Shown: positions 29,938-39,510 of the stretch, one piece after another
How positions within the stretch are numbered: position 1 is the first letter of the stretch
Layout: the number at the start of each line of letters is the position of its first letter
Assembly (NCBI GenBank): GCA_046582655.1
Contig: JAYGDX010000141.1
Coordinates: 17,055-81,054, forward strand
Source: Candidatus Poribacteria bacterium
Lineage (GTDB): Bacteria; Poribacteria; WGA-4E; UBA9662
Length of the DNA: 64,000 nucleotides
Direction of reading: 5' to 3'
Notes under the pieces: generated by a model
What the model was told of the DNA's origin: nothing
What the model saw: only the letters and a program-made list of their open reading frames with translations
The model's database searches: none
Position numbers and translations under genes: made by a program

Positions 29938-30711
29938 CTAGCTTTTGACAAGAAAACGCGCAAGATTCTGAGTCCGATCAGAAAGGGTCTGATAAAGCTG
30001 AAGAGGTAAGTGCGGTTGAAGGCGGCTATCCCGATACCAAGGCGCAAAGTAGCCAACACCGAGCATAGGCCGAATTTGGTCCGAATTATTCGAGGTTCCA
30101 CCATGCCAGCATCGAACATCACGGACAATGGCCGTACCTGCCGGAGCACAAATAAAGGATTGTTTGAGGCGTTCCGGCTCCTCTTCCAATGTAGGGATTG
30201 GCGTACGCGTTCGATGTGTTCCCGGCACGAAGCGTGTAGCACCATTCATCTGCGTAAATTCAACCATCAAATAGTTAACAACGATGAATGGTGTTGGTAC
30301 GTCCTTAACGGTGACGAGTCCCAACGAATCATTGAAAAAATCACCGAGATCACTATGAAGCGACTGAATTTCGGCTCCTGGTGTAGAGTAGTCACCGCCC
30401 ACGCCGGAACAGACAAAGTCAGAGCTATTCCAAATGGCCTCCAGAATTGGAAGAATAGATGGGTTATCAATTAACTGAGCCCATTCCAGATGATGGACCT
30501 GTGAACCAAAAGAGTAGCGAGCATATCCGCGATTGGCTTGATCCAGCGGAATTTGTTCCATCTGTTGGGTGATGACACGTTCAGCTCCGGATTGGGCGGT
30601 GACAAGTTGACTGGCTGTTAACGCATTTTGAATAACGACGAAACCGTCTCGATGAAAGACTTTAGCCGCTTTTCCTATTTCCTTAGGATCAAGGATCTCA
30701 ACCTGAAGCAT
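29938..30711 (-). CDS. PhyH family Fe/2OG dioxygenase (canonical HxD...H)
   Basis: FHRDGFVVI, QSLHSD, NGATRFVPGTH, DVRCWHGGTSN..DQIRPM. Confidence 0.9.
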   Translation of the reverse strand: MLQVEILDPKEIGKAAKVFHRDGFVVIQNALTASQLVTAQSGAERVITQQMEQIPLDQANRGYARYSFGSQVHHLEWAQLIDNPSILPILEAIWNSSDFVCSGVGGDYSTPGAEIQSLHSDLGDFFNDSLGLVTVKDVPTPFIVVNYLMVEFTQMNGATRFVPGTHRTRTPIPTLEEEPERLKQSFICAPAGTAIVRDVRCWHGGTSNNSDQIRPMLGVGYFAPWYRDSRLQPHLPLQLYQTLSDRTQNLARFLVKS

Positions 30712-30712
30712 A

Positions 30713-31519
30713 TCATAATGCCTGATTATCCTGGTTATAGTAATCGTTGTGTTGACCTTGGTGGAAATTGTGTCCCCACACCCCACGGAATGCTGTCTGT
30801 CGCCTCGGAGGCATCTGGTCAATCACTTCGGTAGGCAAATTAACTTTGTGCCATTGAGCTAAATAGCTGTTGTAACAATTGAAAATTGCTCGCCTGTCTT
30901 GGCTGCTATCCTTCCACTCTAGGCCATAGTGCCAACAACTTTCGGAAAAGATCAGAACAGATCCGGGAGGACATGAATAGCTCTCGTACAGCCATGGATC
31001 GAACTGCCGGTAATCCTCTGGAACAGGAAAGTTCACTTTATGGGATCCGGACATAATCGGTGTGCCACCCTGCCCCTTTTGAACTTCGGTCAGTTCCCAG
31101 ACAACACGTGTTAGACCTGACCAGATCCGACCGTTTAAAACACGATAAGCAAGAGGCCCAACAATCGGACCGCAGTGGGGTGAACTTCCTGACTGACCTG
31201 CAGTGCGATACATAGCAAAACTATTCTCGCAACGAAAGCCATAAGAATCAGGCCCGGGGTCGGGCGCAATAATTTCGCGCAGGACGCCGACGATAGCGGG
31301 GTGATCAATTAATTCCTGAGCCGGGCCAGCCAACGAATATCGTTTATATTCAGGTAATGAATCAGTCTCATTTTTGAGTTTGTGCAGATGTTCCCGGCAA
31401 GCTTCAATCAATTCTGGTTCTAACACACCGGGCAACAGCACCCAGCCTTTTAGATCGAAAATAAATTTTTGCTCGTCCGTCATCGGAACGGGATCAGCTG
31501 TGGTTGAGATAACATTCAC
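30713..31519 (-). CDS. PhyH family Fe/2OG oxygenase, HxG variant
   Basis: AAGGAG RBS before GTG; MTDEQKFIFDLKGW, PHCG, MSGSHK, PGSVLIFSESCWH. Confidence 0.88.
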   Translation of the reverse strand: MNVISTTADPVPMTDEQKFIFDLKGWVLLPGVLEPELIEACREHLHKLKNETDSLPEYKRYSLAGPAQELIDHPAIVGVLREIIAPDPGPDSYGFRCENSFAMYRTAGQSGSSPHCGPIVGPLAYRVLNGRIWSGLTRVVWELTEVQKGQGGTPIMSGSHKVNFPVPEDYRQFDPWLYESYSCPPGSVLIFSESCWHYGLEWKDSSQDRRAIFNCYNSYLAQWHKVNLPTEVIDQMPPRRQTAFRGVWGHNFHQGQHNDYYNQDNQAL

Positions 31520-31611
31520 AATTAACTCCTTAAATAACAAACAATGATAAAATTCGGTTAGTATGTCAGTGCTGTGATTTATAACTTTGACAGAACAAAA
31601 CCTCCCAACAG

Positions 31612-33000
31612 CTAATCTTCAGGACGTTCCCCGTGAGGAGCCATCTTGACTAGTCTGGGATCAAATCGTGCGATAATTTCCACCAAGTCGGATTGATCTG
31701 CCATCACTTTTTCGATGTTTTTATAGACGAAAGGAACCTCGTCCAAACCAGCAGATAACAAAGTCACCTTTTTGTCTTCCAGTATCTTCCGTGTATCTTT
31801 CCAATTGAGTGTTTTGATAGCTTTCTTTCGGCTCATAACTCGTCCTGCACCGTGAGCCGCCGAGTTTAGCGATTCCAGATTCCCCTTCCCACGAACCACA
31901 AAAGCGGGACTTGCCATTGATCCCGGAATGATGCCAATCGCTCCTTCACTTGCCGGGGTTGCTCCTTTACGGTGGACAATTACGTCACGCCCATGATGGT
32001 GTTCTTTCCAAGCAAAGTTATGATGATTTTCCAGGTCCAGCAGAATATCCGCCCCCAGATGCGCAACTATATGCTGATGAATACAAGCGTGATTGGCAGC
32101 AGCGTATTTCCCCATCAGTTCCATGGCAGCCCAATACTCTTGTCCAACTTCAGTATCCATATCAAGCCAAGCTAGCTGACGAAGTCTTTTGGGCAACTCG
32201 GTGTGTAACTGTTGAGCCAATCTACTATAGTGAGAGGCAACAATAGCACCAGTACCTCGACTACCGCTATGACTGAGGAGTGCCAGATAAGTTCCTGCCT
32301 CCAATCCCAATTCGGCATCATCAATTGTCAAAACTCCAAACTCAACAAAATGATTACCGCTACCACTGGTACCTAATTGACTCCAAGCCTTATCTTTATT
32401 TTGCTTAGTAATGGGTGAAACTGACCATTCCTCATCCAAAATCTCATGCCAACGTCGGTTTTTAAATTTAGAGCCGATCCCAAATCGAGTTTCCTTCTCA
32501 ATGGAATTGACCAATCGGCTTTTACCACCATTTTGATCTAAAGTTTCAACAGGCATATCTAAGACCGTCATTTTCACGCGGCAGGCAATATCAACACCAA
32601 CCGCATATGGAATCACGGCATTATCGGTAGCCAAAACACCACCGATCGGTAACCCATAACCTAAATGCGCATCCGGCATCAATGCGCCCACAACTGATAC
32701 AGGCAACTGGCAGGCATTTTTCATCTGCTGAACAGATTGAGGTTCTAAATCTTTACCCCACTGCTTGTACGTTGCTAGTGTTTCTGGTGGGATATAAGTA
32801 TCTTTTACCAAGACCTCCGCCAGTTTGCCATAGGTTTGATTGTCGCTGTGCGCAGCCGGATTTGCTGCAATACCCGACAAGATAATTCGTATTTGCTTTT
32901 GATCGTGTCCCTGTGAGGCCAGATACCCAATAAGTTGGTAGGCACGTTTGGTGGGTTCCCCCTTGGGAATTCCAATTTTCTTTAATTCTCTTGTTTTCAT
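31612..33000 (-). CDS. rtcB: RtcB family RNA 3'-phosphate/5'-OH ligase
   Basis: PDAHLGYGLPIGGV, GVDIACR, QLGTSGSGNHFVE, HSGSRG, HHNFAW, HRKGATPA, HGAGRVMSR. Confidence 0.95.
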   Translation of the reverse strand: MKTRELKKIGIPKGEPTKRAYQLIGYLASQGHDQKQIRIILSGIAANPAAHSDNQTYGKLAEVLVKDTYIPPETLATYKQWGKDLEPQSVQQMKNACQLPVSVVGALMPDAHLGYGLPIGGVLATDNAVIPYAVGVDIACRVKMTVLDMPVETLDQNGGKSRLVNSIEKETRFGIGSKFKNRRWHEILDEEWSVSPITKQNKDKAWSQLGTSGSGNHFVEFGVLTIDDAELGLEAGTYLALLSHSGSRGTGAIVASHYSRLAQQLHTELPKRLRQLAWLDMDTEVGQEYWAAMELMGKYAAANHACIHQHIVAHLGADILLDLENHHNFAWKEHHHGRDVIVHRKGATPASEGAIGIIPGSMASPAFVVRGKGNLESLNSAAHGAGRVMSRKKAIKTLNWKDTRKILEDKKVTLLSAGLDEVPFVYKNIEKVMADQSDLVEIIARFDPRLVKMAPHGERPED

Positions 33001-33021
33001 GGTTTTACCACCAGATTAGAT

Positions 33022-33891
33022 CTATACCCAAGTCTCTATCAGCTTGGCAATAGCGATGCCATACTCTCCAGCTATAGAGTAAAGCAGATATATGTCATCC
33101 CCTTCACGATAAATACAGGGATCTCGCAATTGGCGGACTCTGTTCTCAATTTTTCCGCTCTCGGAGGGTTTCAAGACAAGATCTGCACCTTCGTATGCTG
33201 TCTCTGGTTCCAAAACTGTTTCAGCCGGACTAGGTTGCCAATCCATCCAATCCGGTGTTAAATCAATTGTTGAACAGAGGATTCTTTCAGGACAGTCCAA
33301 CTTATTGCTATAGAAAACCGTCAGTCGGCTGCCGTCCAACTGAATAGCAGAATGACGCATATTTTCAGAGAACAAGGTTGGCCCCAGCTGAAAGTTTGTC
33401 CGACCATTCTGTGATCGATAAAAAACACCTGGCATGGCCAACGCATACACATAATCATTCCACCAGAAGACTTTGAAGTAAGAGTTTCCGAGATTTTCTG
33501 GGAAAGCGGTAAAATGAATACCATCTTTCGAAACAGCAACCTTAGATTGTTGGTTTTCGGCATCGTGTACAGGGCCATGATAGTACATGATGATCTCCTG
33601 ACTGGCGTAATCAATATGTACATCAGGCGAAGCCAGATGCCTTTGGCAGAAAGAATCTTCCAACTTCAACGTGCCAAGTTCATAGGTCTGCCAATCCGCT
33701 GTCAGTTCATCGGCATACGCTAAACGAATATATTTGCCGTTATGGCATGCAAAGTATAAGTAATACCTCCCTAAAGGTTTCTCCACCCATTCAGGTACTT
33801 GGATCAATGAAGGGCCATTAATATTACGGCCCATTCTTTCATCCATATAGGGAACAATAATAGGATTATTTTCTAGACGCTCAACACGCAT
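33022..33891 (-). CDS. Hypothetical five-bladed beta-propeller glycosidase-like protein
   Basis: NINGPSLI, YYLYFA.H, HLASPDV, QLRDPCIY, LLYSIAGE (GH32/43/130 superfamily-like blades). Confidence 0.65.
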   Translation of the reverse strand: MRVERLENNPIIVPYMDERMGRNINGPSLIQVPEWVEKPLGRYYLYFACHNGKYIRLAYADELTADWQTYELGTLKLEDSFCQRHLASPDVHIDYASQEIIMYYHGPVHDAENQQSKVAVSKDGIHFTAFPENLGNSYFKVFWWNDYVYALAMPGVFYRSQNGRTNFQLGPTLFSENMRHSAIQLDGSRLTVFYSNKLDCPERILCSTIDLTPDWMDWQPSPAETVLEPETAYEGADLVLKPSESGKIENRVRQLRDPCIYREGDDIYLLYSIAGEYGIAIAKLIETWV

Positions 33892-33993
33892 ATGTATCTA
33901 AAATCAGGAAGTGGATTCCGACGGAGGATTTCTGCTCCTTATTAATTTGCCGTTGAGGTGATAATACCACCGAATATACAAATAAGTTTTAAG

Positions 33994-35460
33994 CTAATTC
34001 CGGCTATGTCCCTGGGTCTGGTATTTTTCAAGCAGCTTTGTCAATCGCTCGACAGTTTCCGGCTGTTCCAAGTAAAGATTATTGGTTTCGCTGGGATCAT
34101 CATCAAGATTATAAAGTTGGCCTTCGGGACCGCCTGGAGACGGCGAGACAGTCCGTGGTGAACTGAACCCACCAGAACCAAGTCCTTGAATCAATTTCCA
34201 TGCCCCTTGACGAATAGCGAACATTCCGCTTACTGAGTGGTTAACGATAGCATCCCGTATTGGTTGATCTAATTGATGGTCAACCAACACAGGTAAAATG
34301 TTGACACTGTCTTCACCCGCATTTTCAGGTAAGTCTTCACCAACAATTCCAACGACCGTTGCCATCAAATCAGTTAAGCAGATAGTCTGATCACTTACTG
34401 TTCCGGCTTCAATTTGTTCCGGCCAGCGAGCAATAAACGGAATACGGTGTCCACCTTCCCAAATGTCAGCTTTCTGACCACGCAAATGCAGATTTGAACG
34501 ATGATCAAATTGTTCAATATCATTTTGATACCAATGAGAGCCGTTATCACTAGCGAGAATAATGAGTGTGTTTTCAGCCAGATTGTGTTGATCCAGCGCA
34601 TCCATAATCTGCCCAACCGACCAATCCACCTGTGCGGTGAAGTCACCATAGTACCCAGCCCCACTCTTGTCCAAAAATTCTTTGGTTGGCACCCAAGGAG
34701 TATGTGGAGCCGTCAATGGGAAATACAGAAAAAACGGATTTTCCGGCACCTCTTTGGCATTTTTTTGGATGAACTCTACCGACTTTTGCGTAATGATGGG
34801 TAGAACATCAACATGCTTGAAGCTAGGTGCGATTGACCCTCCACGCCAAAATCCTCCACCATTCTGACGACGATGTGCACTCCCTTCTATCATTCCAGTA
34901 GCCAGTTCTACGGGACGGTCATTTTCGATAAAGACGTACGGGTCCATATCTAAGGAGGCGGGGATACCATAAAAATAGTCAAATCCGAACGTAACCGGCC
35001 CAGGGTGTAACGGTTGATCATAATCGATCTGATGCTTCCGATCAACAGGATCACCGTTTTGGAACCCAAGATGCCATTTGCCAACACATCCGGTCGCATA
35101 ACCATGTTGTTTAAGCACGGAAGCAACCGTCATCCTATCTTCTTCAATCAGACTCGCGGAATATCCCCAAAGAACGCCATTCTTCAATCGGGAACGCCAA
35201 GCGTATCGACCGGTAAGAACACCGTATCGCGTTGGAGAACAAACCGCAGATGGCGAGTGGGCGTCGGTAAAACGCATCCCTCGTGACGCCAACCGGTCCA
35301 TATTAGGGGTTGGAATCTTTGAATCCGGATTATAACAACCCAAGTCTCCATATCCCATATCATCCGCTAGAATAAATACAATGTTCGGTTGAGCAGGTAT
35401 GTTATTATTAGTGAATGTTTGCGAACTCACAGCTAACATCGTAGATAATAAGGTCATCAT
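33994..35460 (-). CDS. Arylsulfatase A-like Cys-type sulfatase
   Basis: PNIVFILADDMGYGD, AVCSPTRYG, GKWHLG, SDNG, RGQKADIWEGGHR. Confidence 0.95.
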   Translation of the reverse strand: MMTLLSTMLAVSSQTFTNNNIPAQPNIVFILADDMGYGDLGCYNPDSKIPTPNMDRLASRGMRFTDAHSPSAVCSPTRYGVLTGRYAWRSRLKNGVLWGYSASLIEEDRMTVASVLKQHGYATGCVGKWHLGFQNGDPVDRKHQIDYDQPLHPGPVTFGFDYFYGIPASLDMDPYVFIENDRPVELATGMIEGSAHRRQNGGGFWRGGSIAPSFKHVDVLPIITQKSVEFIQKNAKEVPENPFFLYFPLTAPHTPWVPTKEFLDKSGAGYYGDFTAQVDWSVGQIMDALDQHNLAENTLIILASDNGSHWYQNDIEQFDHRSNLHLRGQKADIWEGGHRIPFIARWPEQIEAGTVSDQTICLTDLMATVVGIVGEDLPENAGEDSVNILPVLVDHQLDQPIRDAIVNHSVSGMFAIRQGAWKLIQGLGSGGFSSPRTVSPSPGGPEGQLYNLDDDPSETNNLYLEQPETVERLTKLLEKYQTQGHSRN

Positions 35461-35698
35461 GATTATCCTGAGTTGTGCTCTCTAATTAAAGTATAAAAAA
35501 ACGATTATGGTAACAGATAAAACAGTATTATTATAACAAAACCGAGACAAATAATCTATGTCAGCTTTTCTAAATTGTAAGTATGAAGTATTTGAGAAAT
35601 TTAGGTGCGTTCTCAGACACCCGGATTAAGATGTTAAAAGACGTTATCCTAAGAAAAACTGAAGTAGTTAAATCCATAGACCTAGCACTGGAGAACCT

Positions 35699-36790
35699 AT
35701 GAACGCGATTGGCCATCAAATCCACGAATTAGACACACCTGTCCTCTGGGTGGATTTAGAGATTATGGAAAGAAACATTCAATTGTTGGCAGACTTTTTT
35801 AGTGCTGCTGGTGTTGACTGGCGTCCACACACCAAGGGAATTAAGGTGCCGGCAATCGCACATAAAGCTATCGAAGCCGGAGCAATAGGTGTTACCTGCG
35901 CGAAGCTAAGTGAAGCCGAGGTTATGGCATATGCGGGAATTAAAGATATCCTAATCGCCAATCAGGTCATAGGTACTAAGAAGATTCAACGACTGGCTAA
36001 CTTATGCCGTCAAGTTAATATCAAGATCGCCGTGGACAACGAATTGAACATTGCTGAACTCGGACAGATCGCCACACAGTTTGATACCGAAATCGACGTG
36101 CTGGTTGAAGTTAATACGGGTATGGATCGTGCTGGTGTTCCTCCAGGACCAGAGACAGTCAGAATATCCCAGCTTATCACAGAAACAGCGGGACTTTGTT
36201 ATAAAGGACTCATGGCTTGGGAAGGACATGCAGTCGGAATTGAAGATCCGCAGTTAAAAAGGGAAACTGTTGAGGCGGCAGTAAGCATCCTCAAGGAGAC
36301 AACCGAAATGTGCCAAGAAGCAGGATTATCGGTTGAGATTGTCAGTGGAGGTGGAAGCGGCACCTACAAAATCACCTCGCACTTATCGGGGATTACTGAA
36401 ATTCAAGCTGGCGGTGCACTGTTTTGCGATATGTCGTATCAAAAATGGGGAGTTGACACTCAGCCTTCTATTTTCGTCAGAAGTTTGGTAACCAGCCGAC
36501 CCAATCCAAAACGGATCATCTTCGATGCGGGCTTCAAAGCGTTGCCAGCTTGGGGAGAAAGAATGCCAACACCAATTGGCATATCTGGGTTTGAATCATT
36601 TAAGGCCTCTGCCGAACATGGTGTCGTAATGTTAAATGCGCCAGAAAACAAAATTCAGATTGGTGAGACATTTGACTTCATGCTTGGCTACGGGGACTCA
36701 ACTGTCTTCCTACACGATATGCTGTACGGAGTTCGTCAGAATGTCGTCGAAGTTGCATGGTTAATTCATGGGCGTGGTAAAATCCATTAA
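35699..36790 (+). CDS. DSD1 family PLP-dependent enzyme (D-serine dehydratase/D-threonine aldolase-like)
   Basis: LDTPVL, WRPHTKG, CAKLSEAE, EVNTGMDRAG, SGGGSGT, EIQAG, SAEHG. Confidence 0.9.
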   Translation: MNAIGHQIHELDTPVLWVDLEIMERNIQLLADFFSAAGVDWRPHTKGIKVPAIAHKAIEAGAIGVTCAKLSEAEVMAYAGIKDILIANQVIGTKKIQRLANLCRQVNIKIAVDNELNIAELGQIATQFDTEIDVLVEVNTGMDRAGVPPGPETVRISQLITETAGLCYKGLMAWEGHAVGIEDPQLKRETVEAAVSILKETTEMCQEAGLSVEIVSGGGSGTYKITSHLSGITEIQAGGALFCDMSYQKWGVDTQPSIFVRSLVTSRPNPKRIIFDAGFKALPAWGERMPTPIGISGFESFKASAEHGVVMLNAPENKIQIGETFDFMLGYGDSTVFLHDMLYGVRQNVVEVAWLIHGRGKIH

Positions 36791-36794
36791 ACTG

Positions 36795-37595
36795 CTAAAT
36801 TTGAGAATTCCCTGTTCTAGCTTGCTGAACCATCTCAACTAGAACCTTTCTGACTTCGGCAGCGTTTCGTACTTGGCGGATAAAGTTCAACCTGATTCCC
36901 TGTAGCTGACCATCCTGTGTTAACTCAAGGTTAAACCCAAGCTGATCCACCGCTGTCATCCTGATTTGGTCACCCGAATGATTACCGAAATGCTGTGATA
37001 ACAGTGCCAATGCATCTGTGTGATCTTCGTTCATGTGCTGGATGATTTCAGGAGCAATATCAGCCAGTGAATCGACTTCCGCTTGCTGATATTCTTCCTC
37101 TGTAACCCATCCCATTACACCAAATCCACCCACGAAATAGAGGGCTATAATCTTCATACGGTAGAAAGCAAAATCACCAAAATCGACCCAGTATCTTGCT
37201 TCTTGATGTTGGTTGAGATAACTTTCTCTTATCACTGCCAGATCTTCCTCAGCAACTTGAGTGATTTCACCCATAATGGTAACCCTTGCCTTTCTCAATG
37301 GATCCTCATCTGCAGCTGCCTCTATAATAAGTAGACTGGCTTTCGGATTATGCCGAAGGTTTTGGGTATGGATTGCCATGGTGCTAATTAGGAATGTTGG
37401 ATTACCCGTTTGATCTAAACCGTAAGGCATTACCGATCCAAAAGGCCAACCCGAATGTTTTTCAGACAGCGTCGACAGGCTGCCGACTTGTTGGAGATGA
37501 ATCAGCGTTCGCACACGTTCAGCATAAGAGAGCTCCAATATCTGATGTTGTGTGGAGCTACTTTCCTGACGATTATCTGGAGTTTCACCAGACAT
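36795..37595 (-). CDS. HugZ family (pyridoxamine 5'-phosphate oxidase-like + DUF2470) heme-binding protein
   Basis: LSTLS...GWPFGSV, ISTMAIHTQNL, FGDFAFY, VGGFG, IIQHMNEDH. Confidence 0.9.
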   Translation of the reverse strand: MSGETPDNRQESSSTQHQILELSYAERVRTLIHLQQVGSLSTLSEKHSGWPFGSVMPYGLDQTGNPTFLISTMAIHTQNLRHNPKASLLIIEAAADEDPLRKARVTIMGEITQVAEEDLAVIRESYLNQHQEARYWVDFGDFAFYRMKIIALYFVGGFGVMGWVTEEEYQQAEVDSLADIAPEIIQHMNEDHTDALALLSQHFGNHSGDQIRMTAVDQLGFNLELTQDGQLQGIRLNFIRQVRNAAEVRKVLVEMVQQARTGNSQI

Positions 37596-37634
37596 TTCCA
37601 AACCCCCTATGTATGATTAATTGATAAATATTCC

Positions 37635-39482
37635 TCATTTTAAATTGCGTTTCCTTTCATCCAATCCAGCCGCTAACTCCGGGTCGATCCACCAAGTATC
37701 CATACCAAGGCTATACTGTGGCCGTACCGCAGGCATACGAAACTTATCCCAATACAGAATGCGGTAAGCGGCAATGTGCCAATGTGGAATCACATAGTGG
37801 TTGTGTAATAGTACCCGATCAAGCACTCGGGTACGAATAATGAGACTTTGACGATCCGGTGAGGAAATAATTAGATCAATCAACTCATCAATTACTGGAT
37901 CTTTGATGCCCGCAAGGTTTCTGGTTCCGTTGAGATCCGCTGCTTTCGAACTCCAGAAATCACGTTGCTCGTTTCCTGGAGAGAGGGATTGCCCCCAATT
38001 AGCAACCACCATGTCAAAATCATAACTATCCGTTCGGTTCTGGTACTGTGACGTATCTACAGTATTGACGTTTGCTTGTATCCCCAGTTTCTCCAGATTT
38101 TTTGTGAAAGGCAGCACTATTCTTTCGAATTCCGGCGAAACAAGAAGAATTTCGAAACTCATAACTTCCCCTGTTGCTGTGTTAGTCAGTTCTCCATCCT
38201 GGACTTCCCATTTTGCCTCTTTCAGGAGACGAAGTGCTGTTCGTATATTGCCTCGGATGTTACCGGAGCCATCCGTCTGAGATAACGAAAAGACCTGATT
38301 AAAAACCTGATCCGGCATCTGCCCCCGATACTGATCCAAAATACGCAATTCCTCTTGACTTGGCAACCCACTGGAAGCCAGTTCAGAATTGGAAAAATAA
38401 CTGAAGGTGCGCATGTAAGAACCGTAGAAAAGATTTTTATTTGTCCACTCAAAATCGAAAGCATAACCGAGGGCTTGACGGACTTTTCGGTCTTTGAATA
38501 TTTTGCGTCTAGTATTAAAGACAAAGGCTTGCATTCCTTGCGGATTGTCATGCGCTATCTTTTCCTTAACAATGACGCCTTGTTCAACAACTGGAATGTT
38601 GTAACCAGTAGCCCATTCCTTAGCTGTTCTTTCAAACAAAAAATCAATTGCACCCGCTTTGAATGCTTCTCTTTCAATATTTCGATCCCTGTAATAATCA
38701 TAGTGGATGATGTCAAAATTATGCCGTCCAACATTTACTGGCAATTCATTTCCCCAATAGTTTGGGTTCCGTTGATAAGTAATGGAACGACCGGCATCTA
38801 AGCTTTTTATCTTATAAGGGCCGCTACCAACTGGTGGTTCAAGCGTAGTTGACTCAAAATCGCGTTCCTGCCAATAATGTTTAGGTAGTATCGGCATCTG
38901 TCCGGTAATCAAGGGTAACTCTGGATTCGGCGGTCCACTGAAAGTAAACTTAACTTTTCGATCACCCACCTTCTCCACACTAGCTAAGTTAGCATAGTAA
39001 GAACGATAAAAAGGATGCCCTTTCGCTTTGAGCGTTTCCAGTGACCAGATTACATCCTCCACAGTCACTGGCTGTCCATCGTGCCATTTGGCCTCGGAAC
39101 GTAAGGTGAAGGCCACCCAGGATCTATCTTTTGGCCATTCAATACTTTCAGCTAACAAACAATATTCGGTGAAAGCCTCATCATATGAATTGGTCATTAA
39201 GGTCTCGAAGAGATTTCCAAGACCTGCGGCCGATCTGCCTTTTAAAATAAAATGATTCAGATTGTCGTAACTGCCAAATGCGCCTTCGACAATTTTACCT
39301 CCCTTAGATGCAGTAGGATTCACATAATCAAAATGTGGGAAATCCGAACCGTACTTGGAATCCCCATGCATGGCAAGTCCATGCGCTCGGTATATTTCTT
39401 GGCTTAATACCACCTGATAATGGATGATAGAAGATAGCAACACTGCCAGGACAAAAAATGCTTTTTTCATTTGAACTCCCAT
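37635..39482 (-). CDS. yejA: Peptide ABC transporter substrate-binding protein, YejA-like
   Basis: HGLAMHG..KY..DFPHFDYVNP.A.KGG, GSGPY, SPGNEQRDFWSS, DRVLL..HYVIP. Confidence 0.85.
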   Translation of the reverse strand: MGVQMKKAFFVLAVLLSSIIHYQVVLSQEIYRAHGLAMHGDSKYGSDFPHFDYVNPTASKGGKIVEGAFGSYDNLNHFILKGRSAAGLGNLFETLMTNSYDEAFTEYCLLAESIEWPKDRSWVAFTLRSEAKWHDGQPVTVEDVIWSLETLKAKGHPFYRSYYANLASVEKVGDRKVKFTFSGPPNPELPLITGQMPILPKHYWQERDFESTTLEPPVGSGPYKIKSLDAGRSITYQRNPNYWGNELPVNVGRHNFDIIHYDYYRDRNIEREAFKAGAIDFLFERTAKEWATGYNIPVVEQGVIVKEKIAHDNPQGMQAFVFNTRRKIFKDRKVRQALGYAFDFEWTNKNLFYGSYMRTFSYFSNSELASSGLPSQEELRILDQYRGQMPDQVFNQVFSLSQTDGSGNIRGNIRTALRLLKEAKWEVQDGELTNTATGEVMSFEILLVSPEFERIVLPFTKNLEKLGIQANVNTVDTSQYQNRTDSYDFDMVVANWGQSLSPGNEQRDFWSSKAADLNGTRNLAGIKDPVIDELIDLIISSPDRQSLIIRTRVLDRVLLHNHYVIPHWHIAAYRILYWDKFRMPAVRPQYSLGMDTWWIDPELAAGLDERKRNLK

Positions 39483-39510
39483 AAATGAGTAACTTGACTA
39501 CATTTGAATT

